Shown: positions 10,645-20,282 of the stretch, piece after piece
Position numbering within the stretch: position 1 is the first letter of the stretch
How the letters are laid out: each line of letters opens with the position of its first letter
IMG/VR virus record: IMGVR_UViG_3300021400_000046
Location: 85,632 to 149,631 of that record
Strand: one strand, 5' to 3'
DNA length: 64,000 nt
Origin: a virus
Lineage: Duplodnaviria; Caudoviricetes
Translations under genes and position numbers: made by a program
The notes under the pieces: generated by a model
The model's input: the letters and a program-made list of their open reading frames with translations, nothing else
Told to the model about the DNA's origin: nothing
The model's database searches: none

Positions 10645-11751
10645 CTATATTTTACTTCTTCCATCAATTTGTTTCCTTTGCTTTACATACTCTCTAAAAC
10701 TTCGCGTGTACTGATAACTGTCCTTGAAAACAATATTCACAGCCTTTAACAGTTTTGGTTCATACTTTTCGATGATTGCCAATTCTTCTTCAAGATTTCT
10801 ACCGTAAGGGCAACCAACACAGCCGGTTCGTTTTAGACCATATTTTGCATAGCAATCTGAGTGTTGTACATTGAATAGCTTATCGTACAGTTCTTCATCA
10901 GCGTCAACATACCAGAAAAGCGGCCTGTACTGAGAGGCTTTCAATTTCTCGTCGTTGTTCGTAAAACAGTTTTTATAAGCAGATGATCTAACACCGCCTT
11001 CAGCCTTGCGGACTCCGATTATTGTCAGGTCACAACCCTCTTTTTCGTTAAATCTGTTGCCTACCTTTTTCTTTGCGTATGTGCAGCACTTCGAGCTGAT
11101 CTTAAATTTCGGTGGATTTTGGATGATAAACTCTTTGAGATATTTATTGTAGTCAATATTGAACTGGATGCTCTCAAAGTGGTTAGTCCACCAACCAATT
11201 GCCGTTTTGCATTTTGGGTATTTGGCAATTAGGTTTTCGTATGTATCATCTTCCCATTGGAAGTTATGGCGCTGAAGGCGCTCAATCATATCAGATACAC
11301 GCTTAGACAAAAACGGTTGCCCGTATTCTTTGCAAGAAATAGGAATTGGTTTAATTGCTTTTTCTCTGCAAATCTTAACTCCATACTTCTGTTCAAGATA
11401 ATCAAGGTGATCTTTCGTTGCCTGGTACTCAATGCCGGTATCAAACCATACATACTTTACTCTGTTTCTCTTATCAACGCGGGAAATCAGATCAAGCATA
11501 ATATCGCTATCCTTGCCACCGCTGATAGAGCAGCATGGTTTACTAAACCGGCTAATCACATTTCCAGCCTTTAGGAGACTATCATGGATCGCGTAACTAC
11601 CGTTTGTTCGCGCATAATCCAATAACTCTGTCAAGCTGGGAAATGAAGTAGATTTTTTATTAACATTTTCGTCCAATATTACTTCTATTCCTCCGATCTT
11701 ATGTGCTGAAAATAGTCGTTGATCTACTGTACTGAAAATACAAAACACCAA
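10645..11751 (-). CDS. PAPS-reductase family protein (true start probably near 11680)
   Basis: SISGGKDS, FDTGIEY, KCC..KK, GVRKAEGG, RTGCVGCP. Confidence 0.88.
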   Translation of the reverse strand: MVFCIFSTVDQRLFSAHKIGGIEVILDENVNKKSTSFPSLTELLDYARTNGSYAIHDSLLKAGNVISRFSKPCCSISGGKDSDIMLDLISRVDKRNRVKYVWFDTGIEYQATKDHLDYLEQKYGVKICREKAIKPIPISCKEYGQPFLSKRVSDMIERLQRHNFQWEDDTYENLIAKYPKCKTAIGWWTNHFESIQFNIDYNKYLKEFIIQNPPKFKISSKCCTYAKKKVGNRFNEKEGCDLTIIGVRKAEGGVRSSAYKNCFTNNDEKLKASQYRPLFWYVDADEELYDKLFNVQHSDCYAKYGLKRTGCVGCPYGRNLEEELAIIEKYEPKLLKAVNIVFKDSYQYTRSFREYVKQRKQIDGRSKI

Positions 11752-11790
11752 TAACTGCGGAGAAGCATTTTCAGATTTAAGATAAAAAAT

Positions 11791-11874
11791 CTATTTTAAT
11801 TCCTCCGCATTTTTTATAAATGCAATCCAATGCGTAGTCATGTGTTTACCACTTCTATGCCCGTACCTTTGGTT
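11791..11874 (-). pseudogene. C-terminal remnant of a phage SAM-dependent methyltransferase
   Basis: Start-less frame NQRYGHRSGKHMTTHWIAFIKNAEELK*, resembling the FG.RSGK..THW..F.K ending of a common phage MTase family. Confidence 0.5.
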
Positions 11875-12225
11875 TCACTCATTTGCAACACCAAGTTTTT
11901 CAAGAAGTTTTGAATATTCGCGATCTGCCGATTGGTAATTCTTTGCGTACCAAAAAGCAAACTTGATTCTACTCATTGGTTTCACTTTTCGGAGTTCACA
12001 AAGCGTTCTGTAAATGTAATAAGAATAACGCGGTGTATTGTCTTGCGAAATTTCGCCGGTCAAAAACCCAATACTATACAACAATTCAATGACTGAGGCA
12101 TACGCCTCTTGTATATTTCTTTGCCTTTTAACAAGAACACAGTTCGAGCATTTATCATTTACATTTCGCTGTTCTTCGCTCATTATCTGGATTAAACTGT
12201 TTATATCAAGCAGATCAATCACCAT
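11875..12225 (-). CDS. hypothetical protein
   Basis: ORF in operon orientation. Confidence 0.55.
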   Translation of the reverse strand: MVIDLLDINSLIQIMSEEQRNVNDKCSNCVLVKRQRNIQEAYASVIELLYSIGFLTGEISQDNTPRYSYYIYRTLCELRKVKPMSRIKFAFWYAKNYQSADREYSKLLEKLGVANE

Positions 12226-12387
12226 CCTTTTATGCCTTCAACATAGCCAGTAGCAGCCCAAACCAGGCAAGCAGACATTGAAACTACATATTGAATACCA
12301 ACATCCCAACTATTTTTAATTGCATAAAAGAGCAAACCAAGTGAGACAAATCTGAAAATATTTAACAAAAACTTCATTCTGTTTCTC

Positions 12388-12846
12388 CTATGTTAAAACT
12401 GTTCTGCATTTCTTGTTGCCGTAATCACTTAGTATTTCAGCTTCAAATAGCGCATCAATTACATCTGTTTCAATATCAAACAAGTTAGTAGAAAAGAAAA
12501 CATTACTGCCGCAAAAAGTCATAAGGCTTGTACTATTTTCTGTATATTGCATAACAACGATTTTCTTTCCTTTTGCGTAAGCGTAACCTTGTTCCCAATT
12601 CGTACCCGCTGTTCCATATCGTCCAGGGCTTATCATCAGAAACACATCACACTCATTGAGTGCTTCAATGTCTTTATCAAATACTTTCTTCGACCACGCC
12701 TCTTGACTCATACTCCAAGCATCAGGAATTTTAAGCTCAAATGGACAGTACACGGTGTAGTTTTCGCTTCTGAGTTTCGCCGCGATCCGCTGCATCATAG
12801 TACGCTGCTCTGAACTACAAGAACCGGCAAGATAGATTTTCTTCAT
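12388..12846 (-). CDS. nucleoside 2-deoxyribosyltransferase family protein
   Basis: KIYLAG, VYCP, FDKDIEALNECD, GTNWEQGYAYAKGK. Confidence 0.88.
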   Translation of the reverse strand: MKKIYLAGSCSSEQRTMMQRIAAKLRSENYTVYCPFELKIPDAWSMSQEAWSKKVFDKDIEALNECDVFLMISPGRYGTAGTNWEQGYAYAKGKKIVVMQYTENSTSLMTFCGSNVFFSTNLFDIETDVIDALFEAEILSDYGNKKCRTVLT

Positions 12847-13668
12847 TCTTTATCCTCTTGCTCTCTCATATCTGCCCCACAGAACGGGCAGAACATATCT
12901 TGCTGTTCATAATAAGTTTCATCAATATCAATATTTAATTTATAAGCATAGGCATCTTCGTTACCACAAACAGAACACTTACTATAACAACCACGCAGCC
13001 TAATCCAATGACCTCTAACAACTGGCCTAACATCTGCCGGAGTAGCATCTTTAATAAAGTGTTCAACATCACGATACCTAACCCATACGCCGCTATTATT
13101 TACGCCTTTCATAAACAGATCGTCGTACCAATTCAGCGCATCAACATCTATGTATTTAGCCATTTAGTTATCTACCTCGACCTTTTGTAAACTGCAATCT
13201 GTAAATACCGGACATTTGTTAGTATCATTACAAGCGATAGCGCGCAATGAGCAACCAATCCATGACACACCATTTCCATTTGTTCGTCGCATCGAATAAT
13301 CGCATTTTTCTGGTGTTTCTGGCATCTTATCTACAAGAATTTTCATTTTAGTTCCTTTATAATTCTATTTCTGTTGCGCTATAAATATATTTAAGTTCTG
13401 ATCCAGGCAAAATACAAAACCTTATAACATCATTGATAAATGTTTCATCAATAATATTTTTAATATCAATTAAAATATAGCCTTCTGAAAACTTATATCC
13501 TCTTGAACAATCCCTTGCCGGGACAAATCTTAAATATGATCCATCTATAAATTCAATACAAAGGTTTGACCGAAACACTTTTTTAATTTTATTATTTGGA
13601 ATTTGATTTATTAGTGCATTATATTCTTGAATTGCAAATGCTTTATTCGCGTACCAAATACCAATCAT
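12843..13668 (-). other. three small hypothetical phage ORFs (12843-13163 zinc-finger type, 13164-13346, 13357-13668)
   Basis: Abutting ORFs; first has typical phage ADVRPVVRGHW..CSVC..FCPFCGADM. Confidence 0.6.
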
Positions 13669-13724
13669 TCTTTTTCGTTTAGTGGTTTCTATATAAACAC
13701 CGCCTTATTATCGACTAAATTGTA

Positions 13725-13753
13725 TTGACAATTTGCCGCAATTTTGATAGAAT
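13725..13753 (+). promoter_or_regulatory. sigma-A promoter for the plus-strand small gene
   Basis: TTGACA-17 bp-TAGAAT, then AGGAGG RBS. Confidence 0.8.
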
Positions 13754-13785
13754 GAAATTACAAACTAAACATAGGAGGTTTTATC

Positions 13786-14013
13786 ATGGCTGAACGTAAA
13801 ACCAGAACCAAAGAGGAACGTATCGCTGAGATTGACAAAAAGATTGAAGCGCACAAGAAATCTATCGTAACTCTTGAAGCAAAGAAAGAAGCGATCTTGA
13901 ACCCGAAACCGAGGACACGCAAGGCTAAGAGCGTCGGCGCAATTATCGCAAAGGCGAAGGAAGCTGGCCTCACGCCGGAAGAAATCGCATCGAAACTCGG
14001 AGTAGAAATCTGA
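13786..14013 (+). CDS. small basic coiled-coil/HTH-like protein (moron-like unit)
   Basis: Own promoter, AGGAGG RBS and terminator; Lys/Glu-rich; GLTPEEIASKLG. Confidence 0.8.
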   Translation: MAERKTRTKEERIAEIDKKIEAHKKSIVTLEAKKEAILNPKPRTRKAKSVGAIIAKAKEAGLTPEEIASKLGVEI

Positions 14014-14022
14014 ACACCATTT

Positions 14023-14046
14023 AGGAGTGTGCTTCGGCGCACTCCT
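14023..14046. terminator. hairpin terminator between convergent genes
   Basis: AGGAGTGTGC-TTCG-GCGCACTCCT followed by T-rich tail. Confidence 0.75.
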
Positions 14047-14121
14047 TGTCTTTTAATTCGTTCCTAATTCTCATAAACGTTTCGCCTGAAAACACCACAA
14101 AACCCATCATTCAATTTGCCA

Positions 14122-14523
14122 TCATAATTGATTACAACACAAATTTTCTGGATGCCATTCCATAACGCAAAATGGGTAGTAATCGTCATAGTCTTTAGTC
14201 CCTACTCTCAAAACAACAAGATTAGTTTTGCAATCAGTAAGTACAAGCACATCATTATCACCAGATTCCATTGATGCTTCGACACGAACGTTTGGTAGCT
14301 TTATTTTGCAAGGAGTGATTTCTTTTACAAGTTCCTCACAGTATGATCTATAACCATCAGAAGGATTTTCAACTGCAACATAGGCACAATTATCAAGCTC
14401 AAATTTCACATACTGGCATTCTTCTGAACTCCAATCATCACGCCTTACAATCATTCCAGTTTCAATTCCACTAAAAATATGCTCACCGCAAAGGTCTTTT
14501 AACTCCATAATAACCTCCAACAT
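14122..14523 (-). CDS. hypothetical protein
   Basis: Phage-type ORF (ENPSDGYRS, GT..DDYYP). Confidence 0.6.
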   Translation of the reverse strand: MLEVIMELKDLCGEHIFSGIETGMIVRRDDWSSEECQYVKFELDNCAYVAVENPSDGYRSYCEELVKEITPCKIKLPNVRVEASMESGDNDVLVLTDCKTNLVVLRVGTKDYDDYYPFCVMEWHPENLCCNQL

Positions 14524-15267
14524 CTAAACAGAATAACTTTCCCACGGGATTTTGACTTTGAATTTGCTCTTGTAGTAAGTGCAACCCACACCAGAGTCAC
14601 GACACCATTCATCCAGGAAAGTTTGTAAGTCTTTCACACTTTCATCCGAAATCCGTTCAGAAGCATCTTCATACAAATCTTCTGTCGCACTGTCAATTAC
14701 ATCTTGTGCATCAATTCTGAACTGTTCGCCAATAGCAAGCCAAACATATTCAGGTCGCTCAGTATCATGCTCTTGATCGTCAAACCAATACTCAAAGAAA
14801 TCTTCCCAATCAAAGAAGTAACCATCGTTTTGTGGATAGCCTTCGAAGTAAAAGCCGTGAGGCTGCGCCAATTCTGCATCTGTTGCAATCGACGCATTAC
14901 TAAGCATTTTGGCAGACTTCTTCGCCTGTTCTACTGCGTCAAGCTCACGCTGCTTTTCACAGTTATGCTTTAAGTGGCCTTTTGGCAAAATATCGCCGCA
15001 CAGCTTACACCTATTAACAACGCCGTTGTAGCAATGCTGACAGAATGAAATCGCTTGATGTTTATATGGGAAGAAACCATGTGATCTATCTGGATCATCT
15101 GAAAGCCCATATGGGTTATCTTCAATGGTCATTCCAGTGCCGAAACAATACGGGCAGATTTCTTCATTGTCGTGTAAATCCTTACGAAGATTTGCACTGG
15201 TTAGTTTTTCAATGTATTCTTTTGCCGTAACAAATACAGTTGTTGGCTTTACAAATTCAGTTTTCAT
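14524..15267 (-). CDS. hypothetical Cys-rich protein
   Basis: CPYCFGTG..CQHCYNG..CKLCG. Confidence 0.65.
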   Translation of the reverse strand: MKTEFVKPTTVFVTAKEYIEKLTSANLRKDLHDNEEICPYCFGTGMTIEDNPYGLSDDPDRSHGFFPYKHQAISFCQHCYNGVVNRCKLCGDILPKGHLKHNCEKQRELDAVEQAKKSAKMLSNASIATDAELAQPHGFYFEGYPQNDGYFFDWEDFFEYWFDDQEHDTERPEYVWLAIGEQFRIDAQDVIDSATEDLYEDASERISDESVKDLQTFLDEWCRDSGVGCTYYKSKFKVKIPWESYSV

Positions 15268-16745
15268 TATGTCTTTAATCCCATTTCCATATACAGTTCA
15301 TCAACTGCGTTACCTTTACGCTGCACACAATCGTATATTCTTTCTTCGATTGAGTCATTAGCCTGAAGGAATATGTAGGTACATTTACTATCCTGACCGG
15401 CACGATGGATTCTATCTTGGCTCTGCTTGTATTCTTCGTAACTGTAACTGAGCGAATAATAGATGTTGTAAGTACAGTTCACAAATGTTAAGCCTTTACC
15501 GATCAGCTTCGGATGGGCGAACAGTAGATCAATTTCACCGTTCTTGAATTGCCGGATAATATCATCACGGTTCTTCGTTTTGGAAGTTAGGGCAACGCCG
15601 CCGAATTTAGCCGCAAGACTTTCACATTCATGGTTGAACTGACACCAGACGATAATTGGCCTATCCTTGATTTCTGCAATGGTTTCTTCAAGTAGTTTGT
15701 CTTTGTTGTTTTCAAAACAGTTTATCGAGCCGTCTTTTTGAATGGTAAAACCGCTTGCAACCTCACGGAGCTTCATCAGTTTTGCCGTAAACTCAAATTT
15801 GCTCCATTCGTTGATATGAGAAACAATATCATTCAAGAAACTATCGTAAATGACACGCTGTTCTTTTGCCATATCAAACTTGCGGATTTCAAAGACTTTA
15901 TCAGGCAGATCAATACAATCTTCTTTCTTAATGAAGATCGAGCTGCCGGACAATTTTGAGAAGTACCGTTCCTTGTCCTCGTCTGTCTGATACCAGACGT
16001 GCGGGTTAGCCATATCTTGATGAAAATACCTTGCAAGAAAACCGTAGTAGTTGTTGCCGAACACATTACCGACGAATTTCATCTGAGGATAAATCTCGCT
16101 GTTGTGGTTAGGAGTAGGGCAACCGCTCAAAACAAATCTGTGTGGGATAACTGTAGTAAAGTCAAGGATTGCAGAAGTGATCTGGCTTGACATATTTTTC
16201 ATTACGCTGCTTTCGTCAACGATCATGCAATCAAATCCGGCTTTCAAAATTCTGTTCTTCAAAATCTTGAAACTGTCGTAATTCATCACATAAATGTCAG
16301 CAGGAGTGTTCAACTTTTTAATGCGTCCAAGTTTCCCCTTATCCCAGCAGTTTATGATACTTTTTGATGGAAAAAACCGCCTACAATCGTCAATCCAGGC
16401 CGTTTCTATAACCGAAAGTGGACATAAAATGAGTGTTTTATTGTAGTGTCTTGCGAGTTCCAATCCCATCACAGTTTTGCCAGTTCCTGTATCTGCGAAG
16501 ATACCAAAGCTACCAGCATTCAGAGCTTTGTTGACAATGTTCTTTTGAAACGTCCAAAGGAAATCAGATAACTCAAATTGCTTTTCTTCTGCTTTTGTAA
16601 TGTCATGCTCTTTCGGCAACAAGCCAAATTGCATAAGCTGGTATCTCGTTGCCTCTGGAACCAACCATTTCCCATCGTGGAATTGACGGCCTTCGATAGT
16701 CCTTATGTAAGGGATTTTCTCAACGGGTACTTGCAACTCAATCAT
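15267..16745 (-). CDS. SNF2-family (SF2) helicase/ATPase
   Basis: DTGTGKT, IVDESS, LSGCPTPN, GKGLT, QSQDRIHRAGQ. Confidence 0.92.
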   Translation of the reverse strand: MIELQVPVEKIPYIRTIEGRQFHDGKWLVPEATRYQLMQFGLLPKEHDITKAEEKQFELSDFLWTFQKNIVNKALNAGSFGIFADTGTGKTVMGLELARHYNKTLILCPLSVIETAWIDDCRRFFPSKSIINCWDKGKLGRIKKLNTPADIYVMNYDSFKILKNRILKAGFDCMIVDESSVMKNMSSQITSAILDFTTVIPHRFVLSGCPTPNHNSEIYPQMKFVGNVFGNNYYGFLARYFHQDMANPHVWYQTDEDKERYFSKLSGSSIFIKKEDCIDLPDKVFEIRKFDMAKEQRVIYDSFLNDIVSHINEWSKFEFTAKLMKLREVASGFTIQKDGSINCFENNKDKLLEETIAEIKDRPIIVWCQFNHECESLAAKFGGVALTSKTKNRDDIIRQFKNGEIDLLFAHPKLIGKGLTFVNCTYNIYYSLSYSYEEYKQSQDRIHRAGQDSKCTYIFLQANDSIEERIYDCVQRKGNAVDELYMEMGLKT

Positions 16746-17676
16746 TTACTGATCCATCCGTCTGTTTCTTTGCGGCACGAGCTGCTTTCTTCGCTTCTTT
16801 TTCTGCCTTTGCTTTTGCAGATTGTTCTTTTCCAAGAATTAACTGCTCTGCAAACCGCTCTTTCATCTTCTCGATAGAATCATCTGTTTCAAGAACAGAA
16901 TCATCCCAAACAGAAAATCTCTTTTCATTTGCGAGATTATAGAAATCTTCATTTAGTTCAATACCGATTGCATTTCTATGGTTCTCAATAGCGACCTTAT
17001 TTACAGTTCCAGCTCCGGCGAAAGGATCAAGAACGGTATCGCCTGGGCAAGACCATAATTTAATGCAGCGTTTTACAAGTTCCTCTGCAAATGGGGTTGT
17101 ATGACCGATACCTGAGTTTGAGATAACCCACATACCGTCAGCCCAATCAGCCCATTCAGCAAGTGTAATATCAGAAGCCTTGATTACTTCACAATCTCCC
17201 GCCTTTTTGTAAACATAAACAAAACCAACATTGGCTGCGAGGATCGTATCTCTTGCCTTCATATTGCGGTAATAAAGGTTTCCTTGCGCAAGCATGGCTC
17301 TCTGTGCGCTGTACTTACGCCAAAACGCTTTTGTCCAAAGAGAAAAACCATTGTCAATGAAAATCTTGTTAATATCACCGGTAAGGCTTTCTTGCCCATT
17401 CTTGCCATCTCTACCCAACGTATAGTTGTAATCTTCATATTGGATTACAAACTTACCCCCTGGCACAAGAACTCTCTGGCACTCTGCAATCACAAGACCG
17501 AGAAGATAATAGTATTCTTCATAAGTCTCACAGTTTGATAGATCGCAAGGATCATTACTATAAACGCGAAGATTATGATAGGGAGGCGAAGTGATAACAA
17601 GATGCACACTTTCGTCCGGCAGTTTCTTTAACTCCTTCAGACAATCACCGTGGATCCATTTATTATCTAATCTCAT
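16738..17676 (-). CDS. beta-class amino-DNA methyltransferase (likely N4-C)
   Basis: HGDCL, VITSPPY motif IV before VLDPFAGAGT motif I, IGIEL. Confidence 0.92.
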   Translation of the reverse strand: MRLDNKWIHGDCLKELKKLPDESVHLVITSPPYHNLRVYSNDPCDLSNCETYEEYYYLLGLVIAECQRVLVPGGKFVIQYEDYNYTLGRDGKNGQESLTGDINKIFIDNGFSLWTKAFWRKYSAQRAMLAQGNLYYRNMKARDTILAANVGFVYVYKKAGDCEVIKASDITLAEWADWADGMWVISNSGIGHTTPFAEELVKRCIKLWSCPGDTVLDPFAGAGTVNKVAIENHRNAIGIELNEDFYNLANEKRFSVWDDSVLETDDSIEKMKERFAEQLILGKEQSAKAKAEKEAKKAARAAKKQTDGSVND

Positions 17677-17720
17677 TCAATCATTCCTTGTTTCAAGTTT
17701 TCAATACTGTTTTTAAGCGG

Positions 17721-18047
17721 TTAAAGTAATTCTCTCCCACAAGTAGGGCAGTATTTAGCATTAACTAAATCAAATTGACCTAATATTTTTGGGAAAGAAG
17801 AATTATATAAGAGGCAATCGCATTTTGAGCAGCGCATTGTTGTAATGCCTGTTCGCTTTATGATTTTTCTAAGCGCAACCTTATCGTTAAGTGGTTGGTT
17901 TTTCATTTCATCATAAATTGATTGCGCATTTTTGTAAGTACACCATGTAATCCATGTGTTGCAATCGGCGCAGTACACGCCCATTCTTCGACCATTTGGT
18001 TTTACATAAACTTTGTTGTGTCCACATTCAGGACAAATATATTCCAT
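17721..18047 (-). CDS. double zinc-ribbon hypothetical protein
   Basis: Four CxxC pairs. Confidence 0.6.
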   Translation of the reverse strand: MEYICPECGHNKVYVKPNGRRMGVYCADCNTWITWCTYKNAQSIYDEMKNQPLNDKVALRKIIKRTGITTMRCSKCDCLLYNSSFPKILGQFDLVNAKYCPTCGRELL

Positions 18048-18057
18048 TGTATCACCG

Positions 18058-19344
18058 TCATTCTAATTGAATTGTTTTTGCGGCGGCAAGCAATTCTTCT
18101 TTAACATTTCTTACCTGGTCATAAATTACTCTATCAAGCAGCCATGATAAAATATAACCAATTTCTTTCCCGCTATAACCTTCAGCAATCAGATCATTCC
18201 CATTAACGGCAAGGTATTTCAATGAATAAACATCTTGTTCATTTTTGCATCTGGAAATCTCAAGCCTTAAACTGTTCAAATTAATTCTTTTGTTTCGATC
18301 TTTACCAGAAATAATTAAAGCAAAATCACAAATACAATCAGCATCAAGATTTTTAATTTCACACAAAAGTTTTCTCGCAATATGTCGTAGCATTTTTGTG
18401 TCCATAAGATAAGCGAACATCATTTCGCAAATTTTATTACCATAATACACAGTTTTATAAGTAGAGAATACAATATCGTTTGAGAATTTGAAATGCTTCA
18501 ATATATTAATTACATTTGTGTTTCTGAAAATAATCGCCAACCGCAAAACAAGGTTGTTTCTCGTTCCAATCAGGTTAAGTGCAAGGTCTTTGTTATTGAT
18601 ATTTAGTGGCTCAATAGACAGAGATTTAACAATATCAATAAAGAATTGTAATGTGTCAAAATAAAATTCAGAATGAATTTGGTCGCAAAGCCTTTTATCA
18701 GAGAGAATTTTAGAAATTTCATCACAAACCCTCTCTTTTGATATATTTTTCAAAAGAACAAGATTGCGTTTCATGGCTGCAAATGTTTCATCTTCAATCC
18801 GAAAACCAAATCTCAAAGAGAAACGAACAGCACGAATAATACGCAGAGCATCTTCCTTAAAACGAGCATCTGGATTACCGACACATCTAATGACCATATT
18901 CTTAATGTCTTGTTCGCCGCCATATGGATCAACAATACCATTAATATTATAAGCCATAGCATTGATAGTGAAATCTCGTCTGGCAAGATCGAGTTCCAAA
19001 TTGCTTGTATAAGTCACTTGCTCTGGATGCCGGTTGTCTTTATACTCACCATCAATTCGATACGTGGTGATTTCAAATGAATCGCAACTATCGTCAATCT
19101 CAGACTTTAGTAGTACCGTAACAGTTCCATGTTTAATACCTGTCTCGATAACTTCACAATCACTAAAAATCTGAGTTACAACATCCGGCGTTGCAGAAGT
19201 GCAAATATCCCAATCGTGTGGTGTAATTTTTAATACACTATCTCTTACGCAACCTCCGACAACATATGCTTCATATCCGTTGTCGTGTAGTCTATTCAAA
19301 AGAAATTCTACTCGCATTGGGAGTTTAATCTTTACACAATCCAC
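18058..19344 (-). CDS. cca: CCA-adding enzyme / tRNA nucleotidyltransferase
   Basis: AYVVGGCVRD, DWDICT, EITTYR, DLARRDFTINAMA, RFKEDALRIIRAVRF, ISKER. Confidence 0.92.
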   Translation of the reverse strand: MDCVKIKLPMRVEFLLNRLHDNGYEAYVVGGCVRDSVLKITPHDWDICTSATPDVVTQIFSDCEVIETGIKHGTVTVLLKSEIDDSCDSFEITTYRIDGEYKDNRHPEQVTYTSNLELDLARRDFTINAMAYNINGIVDPYGGEQDIKNMVIRCVGNPDARFKEDALRIIRAVRFSLRFGFRIEDETFAAMKRNLVLLKNISKERVCDEISKILSDKRLCDQIHSEFYFDTLQFFIDIVKSLSIEPLNINNKDLALNLIGTRNNLVLRLAIIFRNTNVINILKHFKFSNDIVFSTYKTVYYGNKICEMMFAYLMDTKMLRHIARKLLCEIKNLDADCICDFALIISGKDRNKRINLNSLRLEISRCKNEQDVYSLKYLAVNGNDLIAEGYSGKEIGYILSWLLDRVIYDQVRNVKEELLAAAKTIQLE

Positions 19345-20282
19345 GGATTTTCAATCTCCTTTAGGAATTTTGCAAGCTGGCCGTTATGATAGAAAACAAG
19401 ATCATCTTCTGTGATTTCAATATCTTGATAATGCTTCCATAATTGGTGAAAAATTTCTGCATCAACACACTTAAAATCAAGCGGTTTATCTGAAAACGGG
19501 AAGGACTTAAACCATCCATAATTGCCAGCTTTATGTAAAGAAAAAATCTCAACTCTTACAAGAGATTTCAAATCATCTGGAATAGCATTTTTAAGTTCCG
19601 AAGTAGAAATTACATCAAGACCATTTGTATGTTTCTGAACTAATGGAATAATAATTTCATCTTCACCAAGACTGAAAACATTAAGCTGCTCAAACCGTTG
19701 TTTAATCTTATTGTAAATTCTCTCCATCAGATAAGACTCATATTTAATTTGACGCTTTGGGTTACACGCGCCAAAAATTACTTGCCGGATATATTTACTA
19801 CCAGCGAAATGCTGACTATCTGTAAATTGTCCAACAAATTCTTCCCATGTATCACATCCATTGAAAATCTCAGGAGAAAAATACCGCATTGAAGAAAAGT
19901 TTGCTTTCTTCATGTCGATTGAAATAAACAGTCCACCATTATTCGGCTCAATATAAAGGTTATTCTTGCTAACTTCCTGTGTTGTTTTTGAAAGAGTAAG
20001 AGCATTGAACTCCTGGTAAATTGGATGGTTTTTAATAGCGTTGATAATTGCATCCTTAGTCGCGTTATACCATTCCAAGTAACTTTGTTCTGAATCAAAT
20101 GCCGCTACTTCATCACAATATCTATCCCACTTCTTCAAACAATCAAAAAGAGGATTAATAGCTTCAAGTCGCTGAAGGAAATACGGGTTATCATAAACAG
20201 TAATTGGGAGGCTGCAATCCCTAATAAACCGTTTCTTCAAGATTGTAGAGTTAATAATCTGATCTCTTGTCATGGTTCTCAT
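19332..20282 (-). CDS. conserved hypothetical protein with polymerase-palm-like motifs
   Basis: ISIDMKKANF, SKYIRQVIFG, SLGEDEII. Confidence 0.6.
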   Translation of the reverse strand: MRTMTRDQIINSTILKKRFIRDCSLPITVYDNPYFLQRLEAINPLFDCLKKWDRYCDEVAAFDSEQSYLEWYNATKDAIINAIKNHPIYQEFNALTLSKTTQEVSKNNLYIEPNNGGLFISIDMKKANFSSMRYFSPEIFNGCDTWEEFVGQFTDSQHFAGSKYIRQVIFGACNPKRQIKYESYLMERIYNKIKQRFEQLNVFSLGEDEIIIPLVQKHTNGLDVISTSELKNAIPDDLKSLVRVEIFSLHKAGNYGWFKSFPFSDKPLDFKCVDAEIFHQLWKHYQDIEITEDDLVFYHNGQLAKFLKEIENPWIV

